DNA of 15,861 bases from Tubiluchus corallicola (GCA_030141605.1 JAQGDQ010002074.1:1-15861); one strand, 5' to 3'; counted from the first letter of the stretch, positions 1-11,486 are shown. A program made the numbers and translations. Notes: generated from the sequence alone by a model not told the origin.

Positions 1-1111
1 AGACAGAGAGTTTTCCAAATAAAGTACAAATTAAGTACTTAGCAAGACAGAGAGTTTTCCAAATAAAGTACAAATTAAGTACTTAGCAAGACAGAGAGTT
101 TTCCAAATAAAGTACAAATTAAGTACTTAGCAAGACAGAGAGTTTTCCAGATAAAGTACAAATTAAGCACTTAGCAAGACAGAGAGTTTTCCAAATAAAG
201 TACAAATTAAGTACTTAGCGAGGCAGAGAGTTTTCCAAATAAAGTACAAATTAAGTACTTAGCAAGACAGAGAGTTTTCCAGATAAAGTACAAATTAAGT
301 ACTTAGCGAGGCAGAGAGTTTTCCAGATAAAGTACAAATTAAGTACTTAGCAAGACAGAGAGTTTTCCAAATCAAGTACAAATTAATTACTTAGCAAGAC
401 AGAGAGTTTTCCAGATAAAGTACAAATTAAGTACTTAGCAAGACAGAGAGTTTCCAGATAAAGTACAAATTAAGTACTTAGCGACACAGAGTTTTCCAAA
501 TCAAGTACAAATTAAGTACTTAGCAAGACAGAGAGTTTTCCAAATAAACTACAAATTAAGTACTTAGCAAGACAGAGAGTTTTCCAAATAAGGTACAAAT
601 TGGGTACTTAGCAAGACAGAGAGTTTTCCAAATAAAGTACAAATTAAGTATTTAGCCAGACAGAGAGTTTTCCAAATAAAGTACAAATTAAGCACTTAGC
701 AAGACAGAGAGTTTTCCAAATAAAGTACAAATTAAGTACTTAGCAAGACAGAGAGTTTTCCAAATAAAGTACAAATTAAGTACTTAACAAGACAGAGAGT
801 TTTCCAAATAAAGTACAAATTGAGTACTTAGCAAGACAGAGAGTTTTCCAAATAAAGTACAAATTGAGTACTTAGCAAGACAGAGAGTTTCCAAATAAAG
901 TACAAATTGAGTACTTAGCAAAACGGAGAGTTTTCCAAATAAAGTACAAATTGAGTACTTAGCAAGACAGAGAGTTTTCCAAATAAAGTACAAATTGAGT
1001 ACTTAGCAAAACGGAGAGTTTTCCAAATAAAGTACAAATTGAGTACTTAGCAAGACAGAGAGTTTTCCAAATAAAGTACAAATTGAGTACTTAGCAAGAC
1101 AGAGAGTTTTC
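1..1111 (+). repeat. 44-bp tandem satellite array, about 25 copies, truncated by the window start
   Basis: Unit AGACAGAGAGTTTTCCAAATAAAGTACAAATTAAGTACTTAGCA repeated head to tail with point variants. Confidence 0.98.
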
Positions 1112-1973
1112 ACTATCACTGGAGAAATGAAATATGAGGATAGCAGACTAGGTGACTTTATAGTCTTTTCGCTATCCTTTCTCTAGTTCTAAATCTATCT
1201 ATACATTTTAACCATTCTTCAAAACTTATTAGAGATTCTTTTATTAATCACGTTTTATTGTAGCATTATAAAGAGATAAATAAATTAAAATTGAATTGAA
1301 ATGAAATTAGTACCGAGAATCAATGAATCTCTTTAGTGTCTTTATTTGGGACATAAATTTCAGAAGTAATTCCTTAAATTAAGGGTGTTCACACTGTTTA
1401 CCCCGTTTTTTTGTAAAGCTAATACTGTGCGAACAAATACAAAAACTAGACCATTTTAAATGGATTAGGTTCGACATGATGCGTGACGTGAATTTAATAG
1501 CGTGATCATTAAATATGAAAAATCCTCGTCTCTAGACCTTTGTAAGGCGGTGAAATGGCCCGACCCTTATTCCTGGAAAAAAAATCCAAGTTTCTTACCT
1601 TCCTGCTAGATGCTTTCACTGAGTTAGTTTGTGATTCGTTTTTACAAACTTTAGTGTAAAACATTAAACTTTGCGTAACAGAACAAATCTGTAGACATCT
1701 AATTTTTCTGTTTCTAGTCACTTTTAATTTATACAGGTCGTTTTGTGTAAACTGGTGCTGTATAATTTTAGTTGTTCTTTTACATTATTTTGAGCTACGA
1801 AATCCGTGATTTCCTGGTATAAAAGTCTTACGAATGTAACAGCTATTTTATTTTCAAAGTTTTTTAACCATTCCCTGCAAATAGAGGGTCACTGTATGTA
1901 TTTTATGTAAATATTTGTATATGTGTATAATTTTAAATTTGAAATAAAGAATTATAATAATAAATAATAATAC

Positions 1974-2083
1974 CTTCCTGGAGCTTATTAAATTCACCCT
2001 CCATCCTTTGAAGTCGTTCTTCTAATTCGTTCTTCTGTCGCTCCATAGCTTCACGAGCTTCTCTTTCCTTCACTAACCGAGCT
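1974..2083 (-). CDS. Moe: ERM coding exon F, 110 nt, phase 2 to 1, coiled-coil domain
   Basis: Translates ARLVKEREAREAMERQKNELEERLQRMEGEFNKLQE, an E/R/K-rich helix in the frame required by exon E. Acceptor tttttatgcactag|A, donor G|gtatta. Confidence 0.88.
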
Positions 2084-2210
2084 CTAGTGCATAAAAATAC
2101 GAGTTTAGTGCGTACTTTACTAGCTGACAAACAACAGTATTCAAACCACTGCCACTAATCAATGAAAATGTCTAAACAAAAAAATACGGCAATTAATGAA
2201 AACCAGAAGA

Positions 2211-3575
2211 ATTTGGAAAACTCTCTGTCTTGCTAAGTACTTAATTTGTACTTTATTTGGAAAACTCTCCGTTTTGCTAAGTACTCAATTTGTACTTTAT
2301 TTGGAAAACTCTCTGTCTTGCTAAGTACTCAATTTGTACTTTATTTGGAAAACTCTCTGTCTTGCTAAGTACTCAATTTGTACTTTATTTGGAAAACTCT
2401 CTGTCTTGCTAAGTACTCAATTTGTACTTTATTTGGAAAACTCTCTGTCTTGCTAAGTACTCAATTTGTACTTTATTTGGAAAACTCTCTGTCTTGCTAA
2501 GTACTCAATTTGTACTTTATTTGGAAAACTCTCTGTTTTAAGTATAATTTGTACTTTTACTTTATTTGGAAAACTCTCTGTCTTGCTAAGTACTCAATTT
2601 GTACTTTATTTGGAAAACTCTCTGTCTTGCTAAGTACTCAATTTGTACTTTATTTGGAAAACTCTCTGTCTTGCTAAGTACTTAATTTGTACTTTATTTG
2701 GAAAACTCTCTGTCTTGCTAAGTACTTAATTTGTACTTTATTTGGAAAACTCTCTGTCTTGCTAAGTCAATTTGTACTTTATTTGGAAAACTCTCTGTCT
2801 GGCTAAATACTTAATTTGTACTTTATTTGGAAAACTCTCTGTCTTGCTAAGTACCCAATTTGTACCTTATTTGGAAAACTCTCTGTCTTGCTAAGTACTT
2901 AATTTGTAGTTTATTTGGAAAACTCTCTGTCTTGCTAAGTACTTAATTTGTACTTTATTTGGAAAACTCTCTGTCTTGCTAAGTGCTTAATTTGTACTTT
3001 ATCTGGAAAACTCTCTGTCTTGCTAAGTACTTAATTTGTACTTTATTTGAAAACTCTCTGTCTTGCTAAGTACTTAATTTGTACTTTATTTGGAAAACTC
3101 TCTGTCTTGCTAAGTACTTAATTTGTACTTTATTTGGAAAACTCTCTGCCTCGCTAAGTACTTAATTTGTACTTTATTTGGAAAACTCTCTGTCTTGCTA
3201 AGTACTTAATTTGTACTTTATTTGGAAAACTCTCTGTCTCGCTAAGTACTTAATTTGTACTTTATTTGGAAAACTCTCTGTCTTGCTAAGTACTTAATTT
3301 GTACTTTATTTGGAAAACTCTCTGTCTTGCTAAGTACTTAATTTGTACTTTATTTGGAAAACTCTCTGTCTTGCTAAGTACTTAATTTGTACTTTATTTG
3401 GAAAACTCTCTGTCTCGCTAAGTACTTAATTTGTACTTTATCTGGAAAACTCTCTGTCTCGCTAAGTACTTAATTTGTACTTTATCTGGAAAACTCTCTG
3501 TCTTGCTAAGTACTTAATTTGTACTTTATTTGGAAAACTCTCTGTCTTGCTAAGTACTTAATTTGTACTTTATTT
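2211..3575 (-). repeat. Same 44-bp satellite in inverted orientation, about 31 copies
   Basis: Unit TTGGAAAACTCTCTGTCTTGCTAAGTACTTAATTTGTACTTTAT is the reverse complement of the 1-1111 unit. Confidence 0.98.
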
Positions 3576-3637
3576 ACCTGTACTAACTTATCATAGTGTA
3601 AAGCAATGATAACTCGAAGTTGAGAGGCACTCAAAAC

Positions 3638-4010
3638 TAGGGATTCCGATTCGAACCGAATCTCAGTGTTTCAAATCCGAATCGAATTCAAATTGAGTTT
3701 GAGAGATTTCTGAACAAGTTTTCGAGCTACTCGTAAAAAGTGGTCTTACAAAGATCATGCATATTGCTTGATTTTGTTCTGCAGTAAAACCGCTACTAGT
3801 TTGTTAATATTTTTGCACAGTTAGCTAAATTGCGCTAATTGCACACTGCTTCAAACATTTTAATGATAAGGAACGTATGTGGCTGGAGTGCTGAAATATT
3901 CGAATCTATAATTGTAGATTCAAATCGAATTCGATCTAAAAAAACTCATTTGAATTCACGTTGAAATTCGGTTTGAACGTTCAAGCCCAAATATTCGATG
4001 ATCACCCCTA
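3638..4010 (-). mobile_element. hAT-type MITE family 1, copy a (left TIR degenerate)
   Basis: Ends TAGGG...CCCCTA; perfect 8-bp TSD CTCAAAAC (3630-3637, 4011-4018); TTCGA-rich subterminal repeats; homologous to 14319-14695 in opposite orientation. Confidence 0.85.
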
Positions 4011-4111
4011 CTCAAAACTGTGGTAGCTTGATTAAAACAGTGGCAAAAAACAATGTTTAAACAAAACAGCAGTGTGCAATCTTCTCAGCATGACATGCTG
4101 TGTGTTCAAGT

Positions 4112-4652
4112 TGAACGGTTGGCATCCTTCTGTCTCGGAAGACAATGGAGTGTGCGCCAAGAGAGTCAGTTATTGATCACATTGATGAAGCTGCAGAGTC
4201 GACTGTGGCAGAGCAGTGTGATCCTTGAACGTCTCCAGGGCGCACGCCTGGGTAAGGTGTATGGAGATCCTGAGTTGTCCATACAACAGGAACCCCCTCT
4301 CTTCCTCCCTGGTGCAGTCCAAAGGAAAGCGGAGCGATACGTTTGGCACCAGGTTGCCTGCAGGAGCTGCCGGAGTCAGTGAGCATGCTGCACTGGTCCG
4401 CCTTCGGGGCTCCACTCCTGATTTGGAAGGTTTACAGATGGCCGTTGGGTCACTTGACCTCCTCCGCCCACTAGCCGTTGGCTGCCTTGTGCAGCTCCTC
4501 CGCCTAGTGTCGAAATACAGTGTCGGTATCCTGCAAGCCTACAGCACCTGGTGTTCCTAGGCGGTCACCCATCCAAGTACTAACCAAGCTCTGCATTGCC
4601 TACCTTCGGTGATCAGACGAGGACCGGTGTTTTCAACGTGATTTGGCCGTAG
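4112..4652 (-). mobile_element. 5S rRNA-headed SINE (SINE3) with RTE-LINE-like body and 3' tail
   Basis: 5S head runs into a GC-rich ~415-nt body ending GGCGCACACTCCATTGTCTTCCGAGACAGAAGGATGCCA, which resembles RTE-clade 3' UTRs as I recall them. Possible TSD GTTCAAGT (4104-4111, 4652-4659). A second 5'-truncated copy lies at 12115-12242. Confidence 0.8.
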
Positions 4653-4654
4653 TT
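4535..4654 (-). pseudogene. Full-length 5S rRNA-derived sequence forming a SINE head, not a true 5S gene
   Basis: Minus strand CTACGGCCAAATCACGTTGAAAACACCGG...GGTTAGTACTTGGATGGGTGACCGCCTAGGAACACCAGGTGCTGTAGGCTT, about 120 nt, clearly metazoan 5S. C box intact, A box diverged, no oligo-T terminator. Confidence 0.9.
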
Positions 4655-4746
4655 CAAGTATCACGAAGAATATCACAAGAATTCTCTCTGACGTTTTCCT
4701 GAAATGCTACCAGTCTTAGTGTTCACATGAAAAGTAATTTGCTAAC

Positions 4747-4910
4747 CTTTCCGCCTCTCGAACCAGTTTCTCCTCCTTTGCCTGAGCTTTCATCTGCTGC
4801 ACTTCGATGGTGTCCTGCCTCCTCCTACGCAGGTAAAGCTCGTGGTTGCCCATGCACAGAGCTAGAATACGTTTGTTAACACGTAACCTCGGTGCGAAGA
4901 ATACGAAGTC
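4747..4910 (-). CDS. Moe: ERM coding exon E, 164 nt, phase 0 to 2 (end of FERM F3, start of helical domain; not in ORF track)
   Basis: Translates [54 protein letters not shown](R); these residues are ERM-type rather than merlin-type. Acceptor ttattttacag|GAC, donor AG|gttagc. Confidence 0.97.
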
Positions 4911-5129
4911 CTGTAAAATAAGAAAGCAGTAGGAACTTTCAATTATTCCCGATCAATACTTAATGACGTGAAAAATAGCCTACATGAAAAAGCAGTTAGT
5001 GTTTGATGAAAATAAACCAGGGATGAATTATAATCCTACTATGAGAAATTTCTGCATCAGCGAACACTTCTTACTGCTGCAATGTTATATGATACACTTT
5101 TTACATACACATACATACGTATATATGTG

Positions 5130-5636
<507 letters not shown>

Positions 5637-5798
5637 GAGTTATTGAAATACACATATATACTTGAACAGCAGAAAAGACATTGTTGCATTCTGTGTGAAC
5701 GCTGGTGCAGTATGAAAATGCAGAACATTTCTTGCACGTGAGAAAAAACTTTTTTCTGGTGGCTTTTTATCTATAAGTTCGAAAGCAAAAGTCAAAAA

Positions 5799-6104
5799 GA
5801 CCGACCAGACGGTTTAGTCTAGTGGCAACGCGTCCACTTTCTCTCTGTAAGGTCATTGAGTTCTACACAGCGGCCCAGACGTACAAAAGACTTTAAAAAT
5901 GGTACCTGCTGTTGCCCTGCCGGCGCGTGACATTTAGGGTAAAAGTGGGGTAATACAAGTCTCTGTAATGTAGTTGTAGGTTGTTATTTACAGTGGGCAA
6001 TAATAGCTCTTTGAGCTAATGTTAATTGTTGACTCAAAAGCCGACTTTAAATAAAGATTATTATTATTATTATTATTATTATTATTTATTATTATTATTA
6101 TTAT
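5799..6104 (+). mobile_element. tRNA-derived SINE with a Meta-like central domain and (ATT)n tail
   Basis: A-box-like TAGTCTAGTGG, degenerate B-box-like GAGTTCTAC, central AAAGACTTTAAAAATGGTACCTGCTGTTGCCCTGC resembling the MetaSINE core (from memory), AATAAA then (ATT)n at 6057-6104. Confidence 0.65.
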
Positions 6105-6564
6105 ATGTGCTCAATTTAAAATTCACGGTTGAGTTTTTAAAAAACTTGCAATGAAAAGTGAAATTCGTATCGGTTTGACTTTCTCATTTTCAATGAAGGT
6201 ACACAAAGCGAATAATTTCAGTAGACTTTCCACTGATATGATTCATTTCGTACTTATAAAAACATTATTTATTTATTTATTATATGATATAATAACACTT
6301 AATGCTCTCAGACTCAGTATGAAAATGTATCGTGCTAATTACAATGCTTGAAAAAGATCGCGCTTAATTTCAACTACACTAAGTTTAATAGTACGTAAAA
6401 TATTATGCATTTCAAAAGACTGTTAAGTGAGTAATAAAATTGAATTGCTAGAATACAGTAAATATAGTATGTCGCATTGCATCATTCCATTTTAAGCGCT
6501 AATGTTTTTTATCATACGATTCACTTTAAATTTTCAGATTATCTCCATTACTTTTTTTTCTTTC

Positions 6565-6770
6565 ACTGTGTGGGACAATCTAACAAGCCCTGCTTTTTGA
6601 TTACCCGCAACACATTTACCTTCGTGTATAAGTGAACAGTGTTTGAGGTTTTTCCTGTGCAGTATTTCTTATTTGTATTATATTCATTGTAGGCCCTTTC
6701 ACTAGATATTGTATATGTAACCATTGTAAATGTGTAATGTGAAATAAATGACTTATCTATCTATCTATCA
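6565..6770 (+). mobile_element. Possible 3' UTR remnant of a non-LTR retrotransposon
   Basis: T-rich tract ending in AATAAA and a short (CTAT)n tail; no coding remnant recognised. Confidence 0.25.
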
Positions 6771-7792
6771 TTTTTGCACTTTTTGTCCTGGGTGACAGAT
6801 TTTCAACTAAACTTTTTAGCAGCTACAGTTTAAAGCAACACAATGCTACGAAGCATAACAAACACATCTATGTAGGCACTGTGTAGACGGAGCTTGACTT
6901 GGCCCAGACAATCGTCAAAAATGACCTAGAGTACTTTGCCATTTCCAGAGGCCTAATCATTTTTTACATACTAGAATCAGTAGGCACAGACTAAGACAAG
7001 TTAATCTCTGTGGATAATGTCAAATATCCAAGTTCAATCTTAGACTGTACATAGCAAACAAGTACAATCTAGATAAGTACACATAATAATCCTGTTTCTC
7101 ACTACCCGTCTTATCTTACACCTTTGCTTACTACAACTGTACTCAGTTAGCGTTCAATGATTTTATTGTATTGTCATATAATATCAGAGCTAATTACTTT
7201 CTGAGAGAATGTCATACCTTAGTACTGCAAAAAGCTGAGATCAAATATATAAATTTCGTAATTAAATAAGCGTCGGAAAATCCGCTTTAAACTGAGCCTC
7301 GCTTCTTTTTTGGCCTATATTATTATTTAGTCTATACAATATTATTTAGATCGTATGCTTCGTTCATGCATGTGTAACCATGCGTTTAGTTAACCTTGCA
7401 TATAAAAAGGAAGTGTCACCGCTGATCGGTGACCACCTATCAGCAGGTACCACAAAAGGTGGTCCCCTTTTTCTTGTTTTTTATATAGGCCTGTATGTGA
7501 GATTACTCATTTAAAGTGCTGTGAATTATGTGATTATTTTTGTTATGATTTGTAACTTAATTTGAAATGTAAAGTGTAACAGTTAAATTTGAATTTTGTT
7601 AATAAAGTGTATTATTAGTGTGGCCACAATTTACACGAATCGTTATGCTTCTCTAATCAGTATTTTTGACTGGATTATTTTCACAGCATAATTAGTGCAA
7701 AATCACAGGTAAGAGCAAGTCAATCAATATCCACTAAGGTTTAAGCGTAATGCAACCTTTCTCACTGCAATAAATTAGACATAAAATTCGTG

Positions 7793-8172
7793 TTAACAGT
7801 GCACGATCAGGACAGGCTCTCTCCCTCTCTTTAACAGTACAGGATCGGACAGGCTCTCTCCCCCTCTCTTTAACAGTACAGGATCAGGACAGGCTCTCTC
7901 TCCCTCTCTTTAACAGTGCACGATCAGGACAGGCTCTCTCCCTCTCTTTAACAGTATAGGATCAGGACAGGCTCTCTCCCTCTCTTTAACAGTACAGGAT
8001 CAGGACAGGCTCTCTCCCTCTCTTTAACAGTACAGGATCAGGACAGGCTCTCTCTCCCTCTCTTTAACAGTACAGGATCAGGACAGGCTCTCTCCCTCTC
8101 TTTAACAGTACAGGATCAGGACAGGCTCTCTCCCTCTCTTTAACAGTACAGGCTCTCCCTCCCTCTCTTTAA
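7793..8172 (+). repeat. ~38-bp minisatellite, about 10 copies
   Basis: Unit TAACAGTACAGGATCAGGACAGGCTCTCTCCCTCTCTT with CT-run length variation; last copy internally deleted. Confidence 0.96.
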
Positions 8173-8491
8173 AGCTATTTGGCATCAATATCAATTTTTT
8201 TCGATATAAGTTGCTAACATTTCTGTACTTGAGCAAAAAATCTATTCAGAGAGCAGTAAAACTGAATACAGGAACTACAGTATTCTACGAATTTAGACAG
8301 AAGACAACATGTTTACTGAGCGATGATCATTTCGGCTACTGAAGCCATTGTCAAACTATAAATGAAGCCAAAAATAAGAATACAAAATACGTTAATGATA
8401 CAACGGAAACAACCGATCAATGGCCGAAACGATCGTAGCTCAATAAACATGTCTATCATCCCTAGAAGCTGGCTCTTTCGTGTATTTATTC

Positions 8492-9002
8492 CAGGGATGA
8501 GAATGACAAATTGTAAAAAACTCTGAAACAGGCCAGGGGTTTTGGGGCCACCTAAGCCCCCAATGGAGTTCAAGGGGAGGCAGCAAAAAATTGCAATTTT
8601 GTGACCGTAGAGAGCCTCTAACTGGACTTAAAATATCAGTTACCTTGTTTCATGCATAATTTAAAATACCCAACTATCAAGGATACATGATACCTAATTG
8701 TCTCAAAAATGCCTAAGTACTGGCCGCTCCTATACAAAAGTATATAAAAACTGTCTGCGATTGACTCAAATAACTCCACAATGACTCACAAGTGATTCTA
8801 TATTTTTATACATAGAGATAAACACGTTGTTACACTGATGTACGTGATGTAAACAAAGTGAACGGCCTAGCGGTCAGCTTGTGAAAAAATGTACTGGGTC
8901 CGTAAAAATTTTCTCAATGAATTTACGAGATTTACAAAAATGGCACTACTGGTCTTCCAAAAACTCGGAATTCTGCGTATCCGCGGAAAATTCTCATGCC
9001 TG
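8492..9002. mobile_element. hAT-type MITE family 2, 511 bp
   Basis: TIRs CAGGGATGAGAAT / ATTCTCATGCCTG (12 of 13 match); perfect 8-bp TSD ATTTATTC (8484-8491, 9003-9010); no transposase ORF. Confidence 0.88.
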
Positions 9003-9035
9003 ATTTATTCGACAGAAAATCTCTGCTTACATAGC

Positions 9036-9189
9036 TGTTGTGGAGATCGCTGGCATCTGTTAGAATTACATAGAACATTGTAGAATGTTCCATTAGAATA
9101 ATCGTCTTGCTGTGTAGAATGTTCTGGAACAAAACTTCTAGAAGCTTCTCGGGCACCCTATATAAGGCGAAGCAGGCCGCTGACACACA

Positions 9190-9233
<44 letters not shown>

Positions 9234-9448
9234 CACACAGATTCACACGGACGCCACTTACACATTCTCTTGTATACTTACATTTTCAGATACACTCAAA
9301 CGTTTTCCAGATTTTCACGTTTACTGTAAACACTTCGCGTTCCTTCATATTTTTGTGTTGTAGAATTCTCGCTTAATAAACTAGTTTAAATTGATGAAGC
9401 GTTTTCTGGTTTTCTCTACGAGCCTTCCAAGAGAAACAAAACACAACA
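9036..9448 (+). mobile_element. Solo LTR copy 1 (antisense to ERM)
   Basis: TGTTGTG...CACAACA termini, TATATAA at 9159-9165, AATAAA at 9375-9380, 5-bp TSD ATAGC/ATATC (1 mismatch), internal (CACG)n(CA)n expansion. Confidence 0.85.
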
Positions 9449-9525
9449 ATATCATTAAACAGGCTGAATGGAAAAGAGAGCACAAACATTACAATTAAAG
9501 TTACAGCTTAGAGCACAGAACTTAC

Positions 9526-9622
9526 TGGCGACTTTTTATCCGTTGGCTTGATACTGAATTTCTTGTCATGGAATGAAATGTTCCTGATTTCGCTCCACGG
9601 GAAACCTATTTTTGGGTTCAGT
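9526..9622 (-). CDS. Moe: ERM coding exon D, 97 nt, phase 2 to 0 (not in ORF track)
   Basis: Translates [32 protein letters not shown]. Acceptor tctttttcag|A, donor CCA|gtaagt. Confidence 0.97.
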
Positions 9623-10075
9623 CTGAAAAAAGATTGACATCAACTTGCTGACAACATCGTTGCAAATACAAACACGCATATAAGATGTAGAAAATATCCA
9701 AATTTAATGCTAATTTTCATGTAAATATTAGAACCGTAGAAACCTGAATCAAGCTTCCTCACCAGGACAGAGTTCAAGATAACACGAGAAATTTCAACAA
9801 TCAGATAAGAACGACGTGCAAAATTTATAAGTTGTTTATCAAAATTTTCTAAATTGTTTGTTTGTTTGTAGAGAATAGCATCAGCTCAATATACATTTTG
9901 TAACAACTGACAGAAACTAATTTTACGATTAAGACAACAACACGTAGTGTTCACCGTAAACACACTGTAGTGTTAATCACTGTCTTTACTATGACAAAGT
10001 ACGACTATCTCTGTAGTATTTTAACTACTACTGTCTTTAATAAAAAGGCATACAGACTCAGAAAGTTATGTAATG

Positions 10076-10565
10076 TATAAAATGCCATTAGGGTAAAATG
10101 GAACGCGGCTTATAGAAAAATATTCGATTTTAGACAAAATGAAAGCGTCAAATTATTAATGTATTTTTGTGGCACAATGCCTGCGAATTGTTTAATAGAT
10201 AGTCGAAAATTAAACTTTGTGAGAAAAATTGTAAAGTCTTGCACATTGAGAATTCCAAAGCTGTGCTATTATGTAAATAACAGTCAAGTAAATTTAAGAT
10301 TTAAATATGGTTGTACAGTAGATCTAAACGAAAATGTAAAATTAAAGGTTAAGAACTCATTTAAATCGTATGTTTTAAGATATCTATTATAGCTCCTTAC
10401 AAAACTGTATAATGTAAGATAATTACAAGGGAACTACAATGTGTGGTTATTATAAAGTTGAATGTCTGTAGATATGTTACTTTACTAATATCGCATTACC
10501 TGTTTTACTAACATCTTTATCTCTGTAAACTGTATATTTTTATACGAAATAAACTCATAAAAAAA
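10076..10565 (+). mobile_element. 5'-truncated LINE: RT C-terminal coding remnant plus 3' UTR
   Basis: Open frame NAIRVKWNAAYRKIFDFRQNESVKLLMYFCGTMP...* (stop at 10392) resembles the WN..RKIF...ESV motif I recall from invertebrate non-LTR RT C-termini; followed by AATAAA and a short A tail. Clade uncertain. Confidence 0.6.
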
Positions 10566-10638
10566 GCAAATCATATATCTCCAAAATAGAGCATTCTTGT
10601 GACACAGAAATTACAGTTATGCACACAAAACAATGTAC

Positions 10639-10785
10639 CTGTCAGATTTTTCATAAACGTTGACGCCCAGTGCATCAACGCCTAAGTAAAGCTCGGTTCC
10701 TTTTTTATTTTTGATGTCGAAGTAATTGACTCCGTACATTTCTAGATCTTGAGCAATTTTCAAATACTCCATCATTGCCTCGTCT
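10639..10785 (-). CDS. Moe: ERM coding exon C, 147 nt, phase 2 to 2
   Basis: Translates [48 protein letters not shown](R). Acceptor atttttag|A, donor AG|gtacat. Confidence 0.97.
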
Positions 10786-11402
10786 CTAAAAATGTCACAA
10801 GAAAACATAGCAAATAACTTACAGTTAACATAAACAAACACAAATTCTGCCTGACGACGTAGCTTAAATCAAAGCTTGGATTAAGTAATAATTACCTCAA
10901 ATAGTTCAATTTTGTTAAACTTTCAAGGCTACGCGCGGCTCAACAAATCCACCAGAACTGGCAATGGCGCGTTTTTGTCACATTTGCATGGCCGATAAAT
11001 AGGTGCAGTACCATGATAAGCATGATCACGAATTGCGGTGTTCATCTGTGATGTCAGTGTGAAATAAAGCACATTTTTGTGACATCATATCAGTATCTTA
11101 CAGCAATGTGCTTGACGCGCAAGAAGATGCCTGCCATTGCACAAACTGTTATTAGTTTGTGACGTAAGCGATAGCCGCGTTCGCTTGCCGTTAATTAACC
11201 TTTCACTAATTATTCAAATATTAGAAACAATTGCTAACTTTTATAGGCAAGAAAATGTACATTTTGGTTAGTAAATTAAACTGAGATTGAGTCTAAACAA
11301 TCGTCCGGTTTTCCTTTAAGCCAAATTAGGGCAAGATAATTAGTTTTGGAGCAAATTATTCTGCACTATCTAGGTGGTGCGATTCATGAGAAAAGAACCT
11401 AC

Positions 11403-11486
11403 CTGGGTGTCCCTTTATGTTCCATGAACCAATTGGTTATCCTCTCTTCCCACTCTTCTCTGCTCAACTTGTGCTGGTTGAAAACT
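11403..11486 (-). CDS. Moe: ERM coding exon B, 84 nt, phase 2 to 2 (not in ORF track)
   Basis: Translates VFNQHKLSREEWEERITNWFMEHKGTP(R), matching the ERM QHKL..WE.RI..W..EH.G segment. Acceptor aatttcag|A, donor AG|gtaggt; frame continuous with exons A and C. Confidence 0.95.

Noticed and set aside
784-993. 69-aa repetitive ORF
   Set aside because: Translation of satellite units.
1-3575. CRISPR array interpretation of the 44-bp repeats
   Set aside because: Units are contiguous with no unique spacers, there are no cas genes, and the context is a spliced eukaryotic gene.
4053-4560. Four overlapping ORFs of 69-111 aa
   Set aside because: They lie in the GC-rich SINE body and show no recognisable protein similarity.
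4535-4654. Functional 5S rRNA gene
   Set aside because: Mutated 5' end and A box, no T-run terminator, not in a tandem array, fused to a retroposon body.
8405-8450. GGCCGAAACGATC...AATAAA as a hammerhead or Penelope end
   Set aside because: No CTGANGA core at a suitable distance upstream.
8313-9376. Short ORFs at 8313-8573, 8889-9083, 8932-9246 and 9107-9376
   Set aside because: They overlap MITE and LTR sequence with no transposase, gag or pol motifs.
10850-11310. Slightly GC-richer block with loosely inverted ends as a MITE
   Set aside because: Terminal complementarity too weak and no TSD identified.
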